Source of the DNA: the human T2T-CHM13v2.0 reference genome, Homo sapiens
Direction: 5' to 3' (one strand)
Length of the DNA stretch: 64,000 nucleotides
Assembly: GCF_009914755.1 (NCBI RefSeq)
Contig: NC_060932.1
The notes beneath the pieces are model-generated. The model had not been told where the DNA came from, made no database searches, and saw only the letters and a list, made by a program, of their open reading frames with translations. Below are positions 41,319 through 57,280 of the stretch, piece after piece; position 1 is the first letter of the stretch; every line of letters starts with the position of its first letter. A program made the position numbers and the translations under genes.

Positions 41319-42909
41319 GGATGTAATTTGCAGACTATTTTAAAGATAACAGCATCTCGATCATAGAGCTCTTTTAAAATTAACTGTGAATATAAATTAT
41401 TTTTCAGATGCTACAAACATATTAGTATGTTTGTGGAGTAGCTTGTTGTCATCGTCTAAGGCCCAGGTGTAAGCGGGGTTTTGTTGAGATTAAGTCAGCT
41501 GATGAAGGCTCTTATTTTTACTTCCATCTTTTTTCACAAGAATGACACTTATGGACAGTTTCCTTCTTAGGACGCTATGCTGAGAGCATCTCCCAGGAGA
41601 GGAGTAAATGTTGTCCCTAGCTGATTCTGTATGGAAGCTCTTGACCTGGTCTGCTTGTGTTCCATTCTGCTACCCAAAGTCAAACCTAAAAATACAAATC
41701 TGAAATTATAGCCAGCACCAGTGTATAAAAAAACCAAGAACCAATAAAACCATTTCCACTTCTTTGCCAGAAGAGAAAGTCATCCCCAAATAGAGGATAT
41801 GGATGCTTAGGTTTCAAAGAAAGGCCAAGAAAGGGTAACCCAGCACAGCTGAGGCAGGTTTTTTTTTGTTTGTTTTGTTTGTGGTGGGGGGGGTAAGGGG
41901 GGTGTGGGGTGTGGAGTACTGACTTCTCACACTCCTAAGAGGTTGCTAAGCAGGGCATCTTATTAAATGCCCGGCAATGGAAATCAGCCAAGTGTTCCCA
42001 GGGAGGGGGCCCTCTCCCAGTCCTGGGCTCCCCTAGGAAAACAGATCTTAACAAAGCTCTTGATTATTTTGCCATGTCCATGATTTAGCACTTTTTCCTG
42101 GCGTTGGAAAACAGCTGAGAACATTGAGCAAGTCCTTTTTGCTCATAGATAATTCCTTTAGTTTGGTTCTTACCACTTGTTTGAAACAGGGACTGGCTCC
42201 AGCCCGTTCCTTATACGGATGGCGCCTCTAATTTGGTTTCAGTTTGATTTATGCCAGGATCTAACTCACTATGGAGTTCAACTAAGAATTTTACAAACAC
42301 TTTTTGATGCTAATGATATGTGTCTCACAATCTAGACATCTGGACTTAATGTCAAACAAATATTACCCACCACAAAAACCAGTTGGATCTGTTTGTGGTT
42401 ACTTCAGCCCTGAGCAGTTCCTTCTTTAAAGGCTCTGACCTGATAAAGTAGCTTTTGGCCCCATCAGCCTGCTGGCTAGGTGAGATAAAGCGATCCCTGA
42501 ACCATTTGCTCCTTTTTCTCAGACCTACACTCTGAAGCTGGATGGCCCAGCCCCTCCCCAGCACAAAAACATTGTGTGATCCTGTCTGTTGAGATGCTTT
42601 TCTCTGGGCCAGATTCTCCACATAAGCAATGCAGGATTAGGATATGATGCTTGTTTGCTTGGAGATCCAGGTGGTATTTGGAAGTGGCTTGCACAATCAC
42701 ATCCCTATGGGAACTTACCTCCCATGTGCTTTTGGGAAAGTTTCCCACTCAACTCCATCCACCCTGAATATAAAATAGAGGTCACAGTGGTTGATTCACC
42801 AGCATTTTCTAACCAAAGTTTCTTTACGCTGTTTTTATATTACCCACAATCCTATTACGGCAATCACACTCACTATGCATACAAAGAATCATTAAACCTT
42901 TTTCATGCA

Positions 42910-43100
42910 AGATCTCGTTTCCTTCTCATAACTGCCCTGTGAGCTGGGTATCACTGTTACTTAAGTGGGAATGGGTAGGGAAACCGAGGAAGATAGGGTG
43001 GGTTAGCTTCCTCAAGAGCACACAGTTTATAAATAACAGAGCTACCACTAACCCAGGTCTGTCTGATCCCCAAATTCATGTTCTTAATCATGACCCTAGG
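42910..43100 (-). mobile_element. MIR
   Basis: ctcataactgccctgtgag...aacccaggtctgtctga. Confidence 0.6.
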
Positions 43101-44867
43101 CTGCCTGTCAAGTCAGGGTTAATGATAGAGAAAAGAAACCCAAGTTTTATAGAACTGATACGAGTTATGTGACATGAGAAGCTCAAATGAATAGTTCTTA
43201 TTCATTCCGAGATCCCTCTCTTGGGGTCATCTTTCTCCTTTTCCCAGGATGCCGGAGGGCATGGGACTCCAGTTGGAGGAGGTAACAGAGTGAAGGTGTA
43301 GCTAAAAGATGCAGAGCAGTGGGAAGGGAGGAGGAAAGTAGAGGGTGGAAGGGTGCTTCTTCGGGAAATTCAGGGAGTGAAGGCCTCTGAACTGCATAAA
43401 AGGGGTCAAAGATCATCAGCTGAGGGATCATCTTGGAGTGAAGCTATTGGTGCTGCCAATACGACCAGTGCTTTTACTGTGAGTTCCAGAATGTCCAGCC
43501 ACCAGCACCCAGACACCTGCGGGGGTTGTGACAGCAGAGTGGCCTGGTGGGCTTCATGGAGGGGGTTTTTCAGTCCTATATTGCCCTGGCCTTAGCAGTC
43601 TCTGAGAGGTTTATGCTTTTTGAGTGTAGATTAGACTCCCTAGCTCTGTTTCCACCCATACTCCTCCAACAGAAACTCACAGAAACCTCTCCCACCCTTT
43701 CTGCCTTGACCACACAGCAAAGGACTCCCCAGAAACAGCCCGAGCTTGTTGCCAGTGAGGCTTAAGAGCAGAGCTCCTGCTGCAGCAGGGTCTCAGATTA
43801 CCAAGACTTCTTTCCCTTGTATCCTCATTCTGCAGGACATTTTTAGTGGCTTATAAGTTTTAGTATAAATAATTAAAACTAGGTTAGCCTTGTCAGAAAA
43901 AAACAGATGCAGCATGAGCTATCATTCAGCCTTGGAGGGCATGTGTGTTTTGTGTTTCTTGCTGATTCACAAACGTTGGTGATGCACAGGCCCCCATTCC
44001 AAGGGTCACATTCCTGTATCTGTTGCACATGACTGTGAGTTTCATTCCCTTCAACCAAGCAGCTACCTGGACCTGGGGCAAGCTGGTACCGCCAGTGTGC
44101 CCAGGGGCAGCTGTGAGCTGTAAACCCATGGGTCTGGGTTAATGTTTGCTGATGTTTATATCTTTCCTGATAGGTGGATGGAATTTGCCTAATGATTGTG
44201 TTTCCTTGAAAAGTTAATCAATGTCTAAGTGAGCCAGTCACAGACCACCTCAGAAGTACAATGACGTTGGACTCCCAGCACTTTTCCCCCAAGGCCATGT
44301 CCCTGGGGTCAGAGTGACAGGAAAGTTGCAGTGAGCAATAGATGTGACCAGAGGGACCTGGGGGCTCTCTTAGTGGTTGTCTCTTGCACACCTTATGCAA
44401 AGCTCTGGAGTCCAGATGTAAGGGGCACACCCACAAGGCAAAATGTGGCCTGGTCCACCAGCACTCCCAGCCATAGCCCTGCTTTCTTCGGGCCCCCTTA
44501 TCACTTTAAATAGGGGACCTCTGTGCCCACGTCATCAGGCCTTTTCATCCTGGGGTTGTCAGCCAGAAGGGACCCCTTCCTTCCTGCAAACATATCTCAA
44601 GCATGTATGCTGTGCCGGATCTTTATGATACTGAGAGGAAGAAAGTGGATGAGATCCCAGCCCTCAAGCTGCTAATAGTTGCGAGAAGGGAGGCGAAAAG
44701 GCAGTTACAATCCAGGGCACTGGGAGCTTCATTAGGGAGCCAGGGGCTGTGGAGAGCAAAGGTGCAGCCCCGAACACAACCTTGGGGATTGGGGAAGCCA
44801 CTCAGAGGAGAATGATGAAGTCTGAGCAGAACCTGGAAGGCAGATAGGGAGTTACCAGCTTGGTGAA

Positions 44868-45660
<793 letters not shown>

Positions 45661-48286
45661 GTGGGGTGGGGCCAGGGGGATGGGCGTGACCCAGGAGGAG
45701 GGAAAAACAGGGCCACAGGCTGGGCATGACACATCTTGTTACCCATGCAATGTTGGGGTCAGAGAGTGTAGAGAGTGGTGTGGGGAGAGTGCAGGCTGAA
45801 GAGTTACCTAAGGTCAAAATCCTGACCTATGAGCCAAGCCATCGATTTGGGATTTCTACTGAGGACACTGGAAGTCACTAAGAGCATCTGAATGGTGAGT
45901 GAGGAAGATGCCACCACTGTGGGGCCCCAGTTGAGGAGTGGGGAAGTGGCATCACGCTAGTCAGAGAGGCCACAGGGGAGGCTGTCGCCACCATTCAACC
46001 CCAGATCTGTGGCTCTAGAGCTCCACTAGAGTTCCAGGCTCTCCTCTGAAGTTCCGAGGACCTAGGGCAACTCCATTTCATTCCATAAACTCGAGTCATT
46101 CTTGACTTGTATAGGGTTATCCCAGTTTGTTCTTTATGATCCTTGCCCACAAATGCTGCTGGTTAAGCCTGAATTTTTGAGTTAGAAAATTAGGCTGTTC
46201 AGGTGGATTTTTCCAGCTGTAGCTTGTGTGGCCAGAAAGAGGAACCTAAATAACTTGTGAGAGCAGCTGGGCCTGGGACTGGCAGGCTGAAACTCGGGGT
46301 CTATGAAGTGAGTTCCCATGTCTTTACTGGCCCCACTCAGATACGAATCTATGGCTGCTCAGGCTGTCTGGTTTTTGGACCCTTTATTCAGGTGCCAAGG
46401 GCCCAGCCAGCATGCAAGTTTTCTTGTACTCTTCTAGATGCCTGTAAACAGAACTTGCCACAAGGGCTACCAACCTAAATACTTACTGGGGCCAGTCAAA
46501 ACACACTAGAGAGTGGCTGGACCTGAGAATCACTGGAGAGTTCTCCTCCTGCCCAAAAGCATTTAAATCCAAATGTTCAAAAAATATATTTGAGGAACCC
46601 ATTCAGCTTTCAGCCAATTTTGTAATCCTGGTGAGACTACACCCTTGTCACAATCATCCTTCTCTCACAGTCTCATCAGGAGGCAGGTATTTTAAAAAGG
46701 AAACCCCACCACTGTAGGTTTTTTTTTTTTAAAAAAAAAGTTGATTTGTGGTATAGGGATGGTTGGAGAAGGAGCATCTGGTTGGGGCAGGTGTTAGCAT
46801 TTTCCTGATGTACAGGCCAGAGCATTCTGATATCAGCTCTCACTCCTCCAGCTGCACCAGCCAAGGTTTAGGCCATGTTTAAAGGACACTTTAATAATAA
46901 GCTAAACCACTTAGAAATCATTGGTTCAATACATGAACTTAAGGCTGGGATATGTGACCAAGGAGAAAAGCATTTGAGAAAACAGGCTTTTTCTCTGAGG
47001 TAATGGTATTGTGGTAGCCCTTCAATCATTAATAAAAGACAGGGAAAGCTTCATAACAGGATGTCCTTATTTAACAAAATGTCTGGGGGTGCTCTCAGCC
47101 TAGTGATTGGAACTCATGATAAAATTTTAGGCAAGCTCACTTACAGGAGTAAGGGAAATAGGTGGTGAGGGAAGGTGATGACAATGAAGTAAATTAGCAA
47201 AGAACGAGAGGCTTGAAGACCACAATTTATGGCTTCTGTTTATAGTTTTGGCATCTTCAGTCTGGCAAAAAGTCAGTAGATAAATTAAAACGTAATTTTA
47301 AAAGCAAAATCCGTTAAAACTGTAAAGAAAGCAGGAAGGAAGAGCAGGGGGAAAAGAAAAGATTAGACAAACTAAGAACAAATAATAAATAACTATATCA
47401 ACAATTACATTAAATGTAAATTGACTAAAACACTACAAAGTCAAGGATTTTCAGATTGGAAAAAAAATCAAGACCCAATTTTATGCTATCTACAAGCACA
47501 GAACAAATATAAAGTCAGAAATGGGTTGTAAATATAAGGGTGGAAAAAGAGATATTACCTAAATTATTTTATAAAATGGAATAGGAGAGAATACTTCCCA
47601 ATGCACTTTATGAGATCATCCAAACCCAAAGAAGACTGATACCTGATACCTAAACCAAAGAAGGCTATTATAATAAAAGTAAATTACACACCAATATTTT
47701 TAGTGAATATGGATGTATAAAATTCTTAACTAACTACTTGCAAGTTGAATCTCAAAAGTAAAAAGACAACTCCATCAAACATGGGCAAAAGATGTGAACA
47801 GATACTTCACAAAGGAAGACATACTACTGGCCAATAAGCATGTGACAAAGTTCTCAATGCCATTAATCATCAGAGAAATATAAATTAAAATCATAATAAG
47901 ATACCACTACATACCTACCTGAGAGGCTAAGATTAAGAAAACTGAAAAACTAAATGTTGGAAGGATGTCATGCAACCAGGACTCTCACACACATCTTTAG
48001 TAGGAGTGTAAAATGGCACAACCATTTTTGAAAAAATGTCTGTCAGTTTCTTATAAAACTAAACATATGCCTACCCTACAACTCAGCAATTCTACTTCTA
48101 AGTATTTATGTAAGAGACATAAAAACCTGTAACTTCAAAAATCTTGTACAAGTTCACGGCAGCTTCATTTATAATAACAAAAAAGGGGAGACAACCCAAA
48201 TGTCCATCAACAAGAGAATCAGAGCACAAACTACGATATAGTCATATAAATGAAATAAAATCAATAAGCAAAAGGAATTAACTACC

Positions 48287-48702
48287 TTTTTTTGAGGCAG
48301 GGTCTGGCTCATTCACTCAGGCTGGAATGCAGTGGTCCAATCACAGCTCACAGCAGCCTCAACATCCCAGGCTCAAGTGATCCTCCTACCTCAGCCTCCT
48401 GAGTAGCTGCAACTATAGGCATGCACCACCATGCCCAGCTAGTTTATATATATATGTGTGTATATATATTTGTGTATGTGTGTATATATATATATATTTG
48501 TGTATATGTGTGTGTGTGTATGTGTGTGTGTGTGTGTGTGTATGTATATATGTATATATATATATATATATATGTAGTAGCAACAAGTTTTTGGTTTTTG
48601 CCATGTTGCCCAGGCCGGTCTTGAACTCCTGGGCTCAAGCAATCAGCCTACCTTGGCCTCCCAAAGTGCTGAGATTATAGGCATAAGCCACTGTGCCTGG
48701 CC
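48287..48702 (-). mobile_element. AluJ with a microsatellite in the linker
   Basis: Antisense dimer; TSD aattaactac on both sides. Confidence 0.9.
48445..48574. repeat. Compound (TA)n/(TG)n microsatellite
   Basis: About 130 bp of alternating purine-pyrimidine in the Alu middle A-rich region. Confidence 0.95.
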
Positions 48703-49009
48703 TGAAATTAACTACTTTTTAAAAACTTTTCTTAAGAAGAATAAAACATTAAAATACTATTTTAAGTGACAAAAGAGTAGATACTGAACAATGTCATTTA
48801 TATGAAATTCTAGAACAGGCAAACCTAATCATCCAAGGCAGAAAAAAAGTCAGAACAATGTTTGTTCTGGAAGTGGGAATAGAGATTTAGGTATTTGGGA
48901 ATGCTTTAAGGTAATGGAAATATTCTGTATCAGATGAGGGTTTGGATTACACAGATATGTGAATTTGTCAAAGTACATTGAATAGTAGACTTATGATTTG
49001 TTCATTTGA

Positions 49010-49316
<307 letters not shown>

Positions 49317-49351
49317 TGAGGTTTTGTAATTTTTTAAAAAAGAACTGCTGG

Positions 49352-49625
<274 letters not shown>

Positions 49626-50032
49626 AAAATTAAAAAATACAAAACAACCATTCACAAACATTGAACTTTAGATAATGATACGCATGCTAAAGTGTTTATG
49701 GGTCAAGGATACTGAGGTCTGCCACTCACTTAGAAATGCATCAAAAAGTTAGGACGGAAGGATGTTTGGATAGATGGTCGGATAGATAAAGGATAAGCAA
49801 ATACTACAGTGAAATGTTAACAAATGTATAATCTAGAGATAGGGCATATGCATGGTTGATGTATAATTCTTTCAACTTTTCTGTATGTTTTGAAATTTTT
49901 CATAGTAAAATGTTGGGAAAAAGGAGTTAAAAATGTGGTTAGGTGGGAAGAAAAATGAAGAGAGAGTTTTAGGATATATAGGAAACCAAAGGAATATATG
50001 AGAAAAGTGAGGCATATTGAGAGGTCTAGGGC

Positions 50033-50180
50033 ACAGTTTCCAAATCTGCCTGTTCCCCAAAATATCCTGGAGAGCCTTTAAAAAATATGGATACCTCAGT
50101 TCTACTCATAGAAGTCCCGATTAAGTAGATCTGGGATGAAGCTGGGAATCATTTTTAAAAGCTCACTAGTTGATGATCAT
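50033..50180. mobile_element. MER5-like fragment
   Basis: cagtttccaaatctg...cctggagagcctttaaaaaat...agtagatctgggatg. Confidence 0.55.
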
Positions 50181-50798
50181 CCCTATTGGTCGTTGGTCTA
50201 ACAGGCCACACGACCTTGTTGCTTTTCTCTACAAGGAGTATCATGAAAGATACTATGTACAAGCAAAAACAATCGATATTTTCATTTTTGATAATCTCTC
50301 TTCCCCAGGCTAAACTTACACTTTAAGGACAGTGCAACACTGAGCAATTAGTAGCAACAAATTTCAGCTCATTGTCACTCCAAGTGTGACAGAGTTGGGC
50401 TGTCAAAATCTAGCCCTCCTCATTCACTCACTCAAAGGAGTAGTGGTGATGCCACTGTCAGTTAGGACTACTGGGTGATGCTGAAGAGACTGTCAGATGG
50501 TAGATGAGATGGGTCCCAGCGTGTCAGACCTTGATCCTGCAGAGAGCTGGCATGTGAGAGAGGTCAGGCTGTCTCCTCACTGCCCCAATACTGCGTCAAG
50601 CTAACTCCCACCACTGTGTAGTTTTCCCCAGGCTGGGGTCCCACTCCACTCCTCCCCACCTATCCCAAACCTTCACACTCTTCAAGGGCTCCCTTTTCAT
50701 TAAGAATCCCCCAACTCCCACTGGGCAGAACGCCTATTGCATTCATAACCAGCACAATTCCTAGTCTGAATAATTCCTTTAAAAAAAACATAGAAATT

Positions 50799-51675
<877 letters not shown>

Positions 51676-53129
51676 AGTACTCTATGTCAAGTAGATTTCA
51701 ACTATAGAAGTATGGAAGATACTGAAAAATTGAATATTTAGGATTCAAAGTAAGGCTCAGAATCTGAGCCTTTGAGGCCAGGGGCTGTTGTGCATACCTT
51801 TTGTATCCCAGCAGAGAGGCTGGCCTGTAGTGAATGCTTGGTAAATGCTTGTTGATTGATTGATTTTCACGAGCATGAATGAGCATGATCCTCATGGCCC
51901 AGTCATTCCCACTTCTTCCCATGCTTGTGTTATGTGCATTTCCCAGATACAGCAAGAGTCCCTTCATTTTTGGTTGTTAGTGCATTGTCTGAGGGCTATT
52001 TCAGCCTTTTCTGATTTCCTTTTGGACTTTGACTTATGAGAAAATTATATCCAGAGGATTTAAGTTTTCTCCAGGACACATTCAAATACCTGCTCTTCTT
52101 TTAAACTGAGTGATCCCAGGCCCCAGTCAGACCCTGCAAGAGGCTCAAAAATCTAGGAGTCCAGAGGACAAAGGTCAGCTCATTTCCAGCAAGTTCCTTG
52201 GTTAGGCATGCCCCCCTCACCTTGAGTAGGTGAGAAAGGCCATCCCAGTCACTGATTCCCACACCATTCCACTGGAAACTGGGAGGACTTTAGGGGCAGC
52301 TGTAGACAGAAGCCACACATGATGCCTCCAAGCAGGCCAACAGGGCATTGCCAAATAGGCTGTTTGTTGAGTAAGACTTGGCCATGACCTTTGCCATGGG
52401 ATAGCCTCTCCCCGTGACATTTATGAGGACCAGAACCCCTCTGGGAGTTTACCAGCCACACCGGAAGCATACCAAGGGCAGCTGACATAACTCTAATTCT
52501 AGAGAACAAAAGCCAAAATTGCCCACAGAAGTTCTGTCTGGCCATGTCATTGTTAAAGGCCCTCAAGGTTAACTCCATTCGCTTGCCAGTGTTGGCTCTT
52601 TCTTAGCAAAAACTCATCTGTGCTGACGTCTGCCTTTCCTGAGTCATGCCAAGGGTGTCTCTGCCCAGCCGAGAATCTATGAACAATGAGCATGAATGAA
52701 ACAGCTTCTTCTGCCTCCAGAAACCACTGGAGGAGCCATGCCATGTGGCTGGGTGATAACTAAAGTGTCTGTCTCCTCTTCTTTTTCTTTTTGTTGATAC
52801 AGCCTGGACCCACGCCTTCATCAATCTACTGTCAGGGATAGATTGTGCATTTTCTGTGTCCCAGTGGGTGCCCCCCCCCAAAATAGAGCAGACAAAGCCT
52901 GGCCTGCGAGGGTACTGGTTTAGTTCAACAAATATCCATAGAATGCCCACTTAGGCAAAATGGCATAGGGCAGATTGCCAAAATCAGGGTTGACTCGGCC
53001 TGGAGCCATGAAGTGGGTCCAACAGGTCTCTGAACTGAGGCAGGAGGCCCCAGGATCCCGAGGTGTGCTGTAAAGCCTTTGATGACAGCATCTTGTGCCT
53101 AACACCTGACCACATCTGAGCCACTAGAG

Positions 53130-53275
53130 ACAGTACCTGATAAGGATGCAGATGCCTGGGCCCTACCTTCCAAAGTTCTGGCTCAGTAGGTCTGGGGGAA
53201 GACCAGTAATCTTCATTTTAACAAAGACCACTGACGGTTCTGATGCAGGTGGTCCAAGGACCACACCTGGAGAAA
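53130..53275. mobile_element. MER5A
   Basis: atgcagatgcctgggccc...cagtaggtctggg...ttctgatgcaggtggtcc...ggagaaac. Confidence 0.75.
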
Positions 53276-53656
53276 CTTCCACCTCTAGGAGCATCTGGGG
53301 TAAAAACTTCACCCAAACTTCCTAAGGTCACAACATATCCCCCCCAACAGAGGAAGCAGTAACTTTTGGCCACAGCCCCTAGAGAGGGGATTTGCCTGGC
53401 GTTTCTATACTGTCCTCTGTCCAAGGACAAAGTGTGCCTTACCCCACAACTGCTTTGTGGTTAAAAGCTTCTATTGAGGGATAGTTTATTTACTTCTAGC
53501 ACTATGAAGCAATATAGTGAGGTTTTTGTTTCCTTTGAATCCCAGTCATTTTATGCTGCAGAAAATCTAGAGTTTTTGCCACAGTGGAGGACTCTGCTTA
53601 AGGACTACCTATCTGGGTCTGGTAATAGCTACCCCAACCCAACGGTCCTGAACGAG

Positions 53657-54031
53657 TAATATGGTTCGACTGTTTCCCTCCCCACCTCCAAATCTCATCT
53701 TGAATTGTAGTTCCCATAATCCCCACGTGTTGTGGGAGGGACCTGGTGGGAGGTAATTGAATCATGGGGGCGGTTAGCCTCATGTTGTTCTCCTGATAGT
53801 GAGTTCTCACAAGATCTGATGGTTTTATAAGGGGTTTTTCCTCCTTTTGCTTGGCACTTCTTGCTGCCACCATGTGAAGAAGGACATATTTGCTTCCCCT
53901 TATGCCATGACTGTAAGTTTCCTGAGGCCTCCTGAGCCATGTGGAACTGTGAGTCAATTAAACCTCTTTCCTTTAGAGATTACCCAGTCTCAGATATGTC
54001 TTTATTAGCAGAGTGAGAATGGGCTAATACA
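53657..54031 (+). mobile_element. THE1C/D-like MaLR solo LTR
   Basis: caaatctcatcttgaattgtagttccc...gagtcaattaaacctctttcc...ctaataca; TSD a(c/t)gag. Confidence 0.9.
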
Positions 54032-56935
54032 ATGAGATAGAACTTAAATCCCCTGCATGCTCATCAGAGGAGGCTCCATAGAAGATCATGGACCTTGAAC
54101 AAGGTGCAAGTAAGCCTAGATGCAATGCAATGGATTAGGGATTCCAGGCTTGAAAACCAGTGGGAAGGAAGGGGTCAGGTGGGAGTGGTCCTCAGTTCCT
54201 GTGTGGGCTCTGGCATCAGGCAGCACACAGGAGTCTTCCCTGCTGGTGGGGAGAGAAAGAGGCAGTAGAAGGGGTCCCGAGCTGGAAGGATCAGCAGCCA
54301 CTGCAGACTACTGATGGAGGCAGTGCCAGGGAGGAAGAGGGTCGTGCCTAGTGGTGTCCAGGCATTGGCATGCAGGAGGCAGTCCAGGCACTGGTACCCG
54401 GGAGAGTTAAAACTGGGGGAAGGGAAGACAGCAGGGGATTCTCACAAGGAATGTGGAGCAGAGGCCCAGGCAGGGGGCCATCAAGGTGGAGAGGACTGAA
54501 CCTGGAAATGGAAGCTTTCCAAGTCACACATTGAAGAGTATCAGCAAGGTCTTAAGCCCTGGAACAGTGAGGGATGGCATCAGGACAAACTGAGGTCAGT
54601 GAGTGTGTTGGCAGCGGACCAGGCTCCGAACGGCACAAACTCCGTCTGGGATGGGGAATCTAGCAGAAGACCTAGGAAGAATTTGAAGAGGGTTCAGAGG
54701 TGAATTAGGGATGCTTGTAGCTTTTGTGTGGGCAGTGCGTTACTGGGGTGTAGTCCTCATTGAAGGCCCAAGATTCTGCCTCTAAGGGTGTAACTCTGCT
54801 GAATCCAGCACCTGAGAGGCTGTCCAGAGCAGGCAGGAGGTCAGCTGTCAGGCTGTGGGCCCAGTTTTAGAGTCAAATTGAATTTCCAGTGGGGAAGACC
54901 AAAGCTGAAGTCCATCCCCCAGAGGATGAGAGAAAGGAAGGCTGCAGCTCAGGCAGCTCAGGGAGTCTGAGGCAGCAAACGAGCTCTGGACCTTGAAGTG
55001 GGGAGAGGAAGTCCTTTCACCTCATCACAGTGCTCACATCACCTCAGAAACCAGGTGGGACACACAGCTGTGACAGGTGAGAGATGATTCCATTGGTGCC
55101 TGGGATACCAGATTCATGCTGGGAAGTAGGATGGATGTGGTGGTTTGCAAAAGGCTTTGTCTGCTAAATTGAGGATACTGGATCATACCCCAAGAGAAAG
55201 GGGAGCTCCAATGGAAAAGCCACCTGCATCATGATGCTGCCTGTCACTTGACTGAGCGTTCCTGCTGCCCAGAAGCTCCTGTTGTCCTCCCAACTGACGG
55301 GATGCTCTTGGACAGTGATGCCAGCTGGAATTAAGACTGGGTTTCCAAGGCCACTGTGACCACCATGATTAATGTGAGTATCGCCAGGTCTTCTCCACAC
55401 AGGCCCCCTCAGCATGGTTGTCCCCAAAGCCCTGACCCCAGCTTTTCCTGGTTTTCTGCTTCCTTTAGCAATCCCTACTGCTAGGGCTCCAACATGCCTC
55501 AGCCAGAAAGCTGTCATCTCTTTCCTGGGAACATTCCTTAAGAAAGAACCATCATGGGGTTGGATGAAACTAAACTTGCAAAGAAGGTGATGTGTAACCA
55601 AGTTGGAGTGTGGAGTGTGGGGTCAAAGATGATGGCATTCTGTGTGGATCCGCAGTGGTAGGAATGGAGGTGAGGAGGAAGAAATGAATCCAGGAGGCAG
55701 CGTGACAGAAAACACAGACTTTGGTGACGACATGTGAGAAGCTGTAAACTGATAAGAAGAAAAGACGTCTCCAGCACGTTTGGGTTAGTGTCATCAACCC
55801 ATGGATCCTGCCCACAGCAAGACTTGGCCCAGTCACAACCCCCTTTCTAGCAATGTGGAGATAAATGTCTTCAACAGAAAGGGTTGGGAATCCCATGTGA
55901 CAGCCGAGCTCTGTTCTGCCTTTGACAGAGTCTGATGCGAAGTGGATCATCTCAGGGATGTGCCTTGCTGGCTTCACCCACCTGGAGCCTCAGGGGAAGT
56001 CTCAGGTGGGAGATGTTAATTTGAGAGGCCTGGGTATAAAAGTAATCCCAAGATGTCACAAGATAGAATACTTTCTCTGAGGCACAAACAGGGAGAAAAA
56101 CAAGAACAGAACCCCTTAGCAGGACACTCATAATAAGAAGAATTAGGAAAAGAAAAGGGAACCCGGGGTGACACAAAACTGGGGGAGTCTGTTACCACAA
56201 GGTAGATGGCTACCTCCAGTTGGACAAATTTCCATGGACCACCATGCAATTTCTGGAGATGCCGCCTTTGATCCCCTCTTCTCCCTTTGCTCCTCCCTCA
56301 TCTCCACACTCAAAGTGCACATTATTCAGATGTCCAGCACGCCCCTAAATCAACTTGACTTCTCTTGTTCCTTGGCAGATTCAAGGACCAGCCTTCATTG
56401 GATTTGGGGTGGAAGCTACATGCTTGTGTCAAGGGTTGTAATCCCAAGTCTGGTCCTGTTTTCTGCAAACAATATCATTGTAAACACATTGAATGTGTCT
56501 GAATGGGATTCACATAACCTATTCAAAGGTTAATATCACAAGACTGATACTGAGCTGGAAGCTCTGAAATGTACTTGTGCTCAGGGAAGATATTTGCTAA
56601 TGTTTGGCTTTAATTTCCCCTGGAACTTGTACACATCAGTGAGGCCTGGGGATAATGAATAACAGCATGGACAATAAATTTTAAAACAAACAAAATAAAA
56701 ACTCAAAGAACATTAATGCAGACCAGTGCTGGGATATGATGTGTGTTACAAGAGAGTAATGATTACTCTTGGTGAGCAGATTCTATTATCTGCTTCTTAG
56801 GAGCAATAGGTGGCTGCCTCTTGATTGTATTAGTCCTGGAGTTATAAAATCCTCAGTCCTTTACAATGCAAAAGTGACACATGGGGCGAGTAAGCAGGTA
56901 AGAGAAGGAGCAATTGGAGGAAGAGAAATGAGATC

Positions 56936-57280
56936 TGTGGCAGGGGCTATTGGCTTTCCACTAAAACCCATTCTCTACTTCTTGCTGGGCAAGAACTAGG
57001 CAGTATTTACCAGCCCCTCTTGCATTTGGGGTGGCCACAAACGAATTCTGGCCAGTGGAGTGAGGGGCTTCTCAGACAGCAGCCTGCCCCTTCCACACTC
57101 CTGTTCCCCTTGCAGTGGCTCAAAGCCCTTGGGTGATGATGGAGCCATAGCTGGAAGAAGCCTGGGTCCCTGGGTCCCCCGTGGAGCCTCCACGCGGGAA
57201 GGTGGTCTAGAAATACACTTCCATATTTCAGCCAGCATGCCTTGGGATCTTTTTTTAATGGTGGTTCAGCCTACCCTAAC
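56936..57280 (+). mobile_element. Old MLT1 (J-like) LTR
   Basis: cagcccctcttgca...ttctggccagtgg...gatggagccatagctggaagaagcctgggtccctg. Confidence 0.55.

Noticed and set aside
48413-48680. HTHT/YIYI/CVCV-rich ORFs
   Set aside because: Translations of a dinucleotide microsatellite.
53474-53659. 61-aa ORF with a protein-like stretch (FYAAENLE)
   Set aside because: Short, no convincing flanking splice sites, and any resemblance to known proteins is too brief to support.
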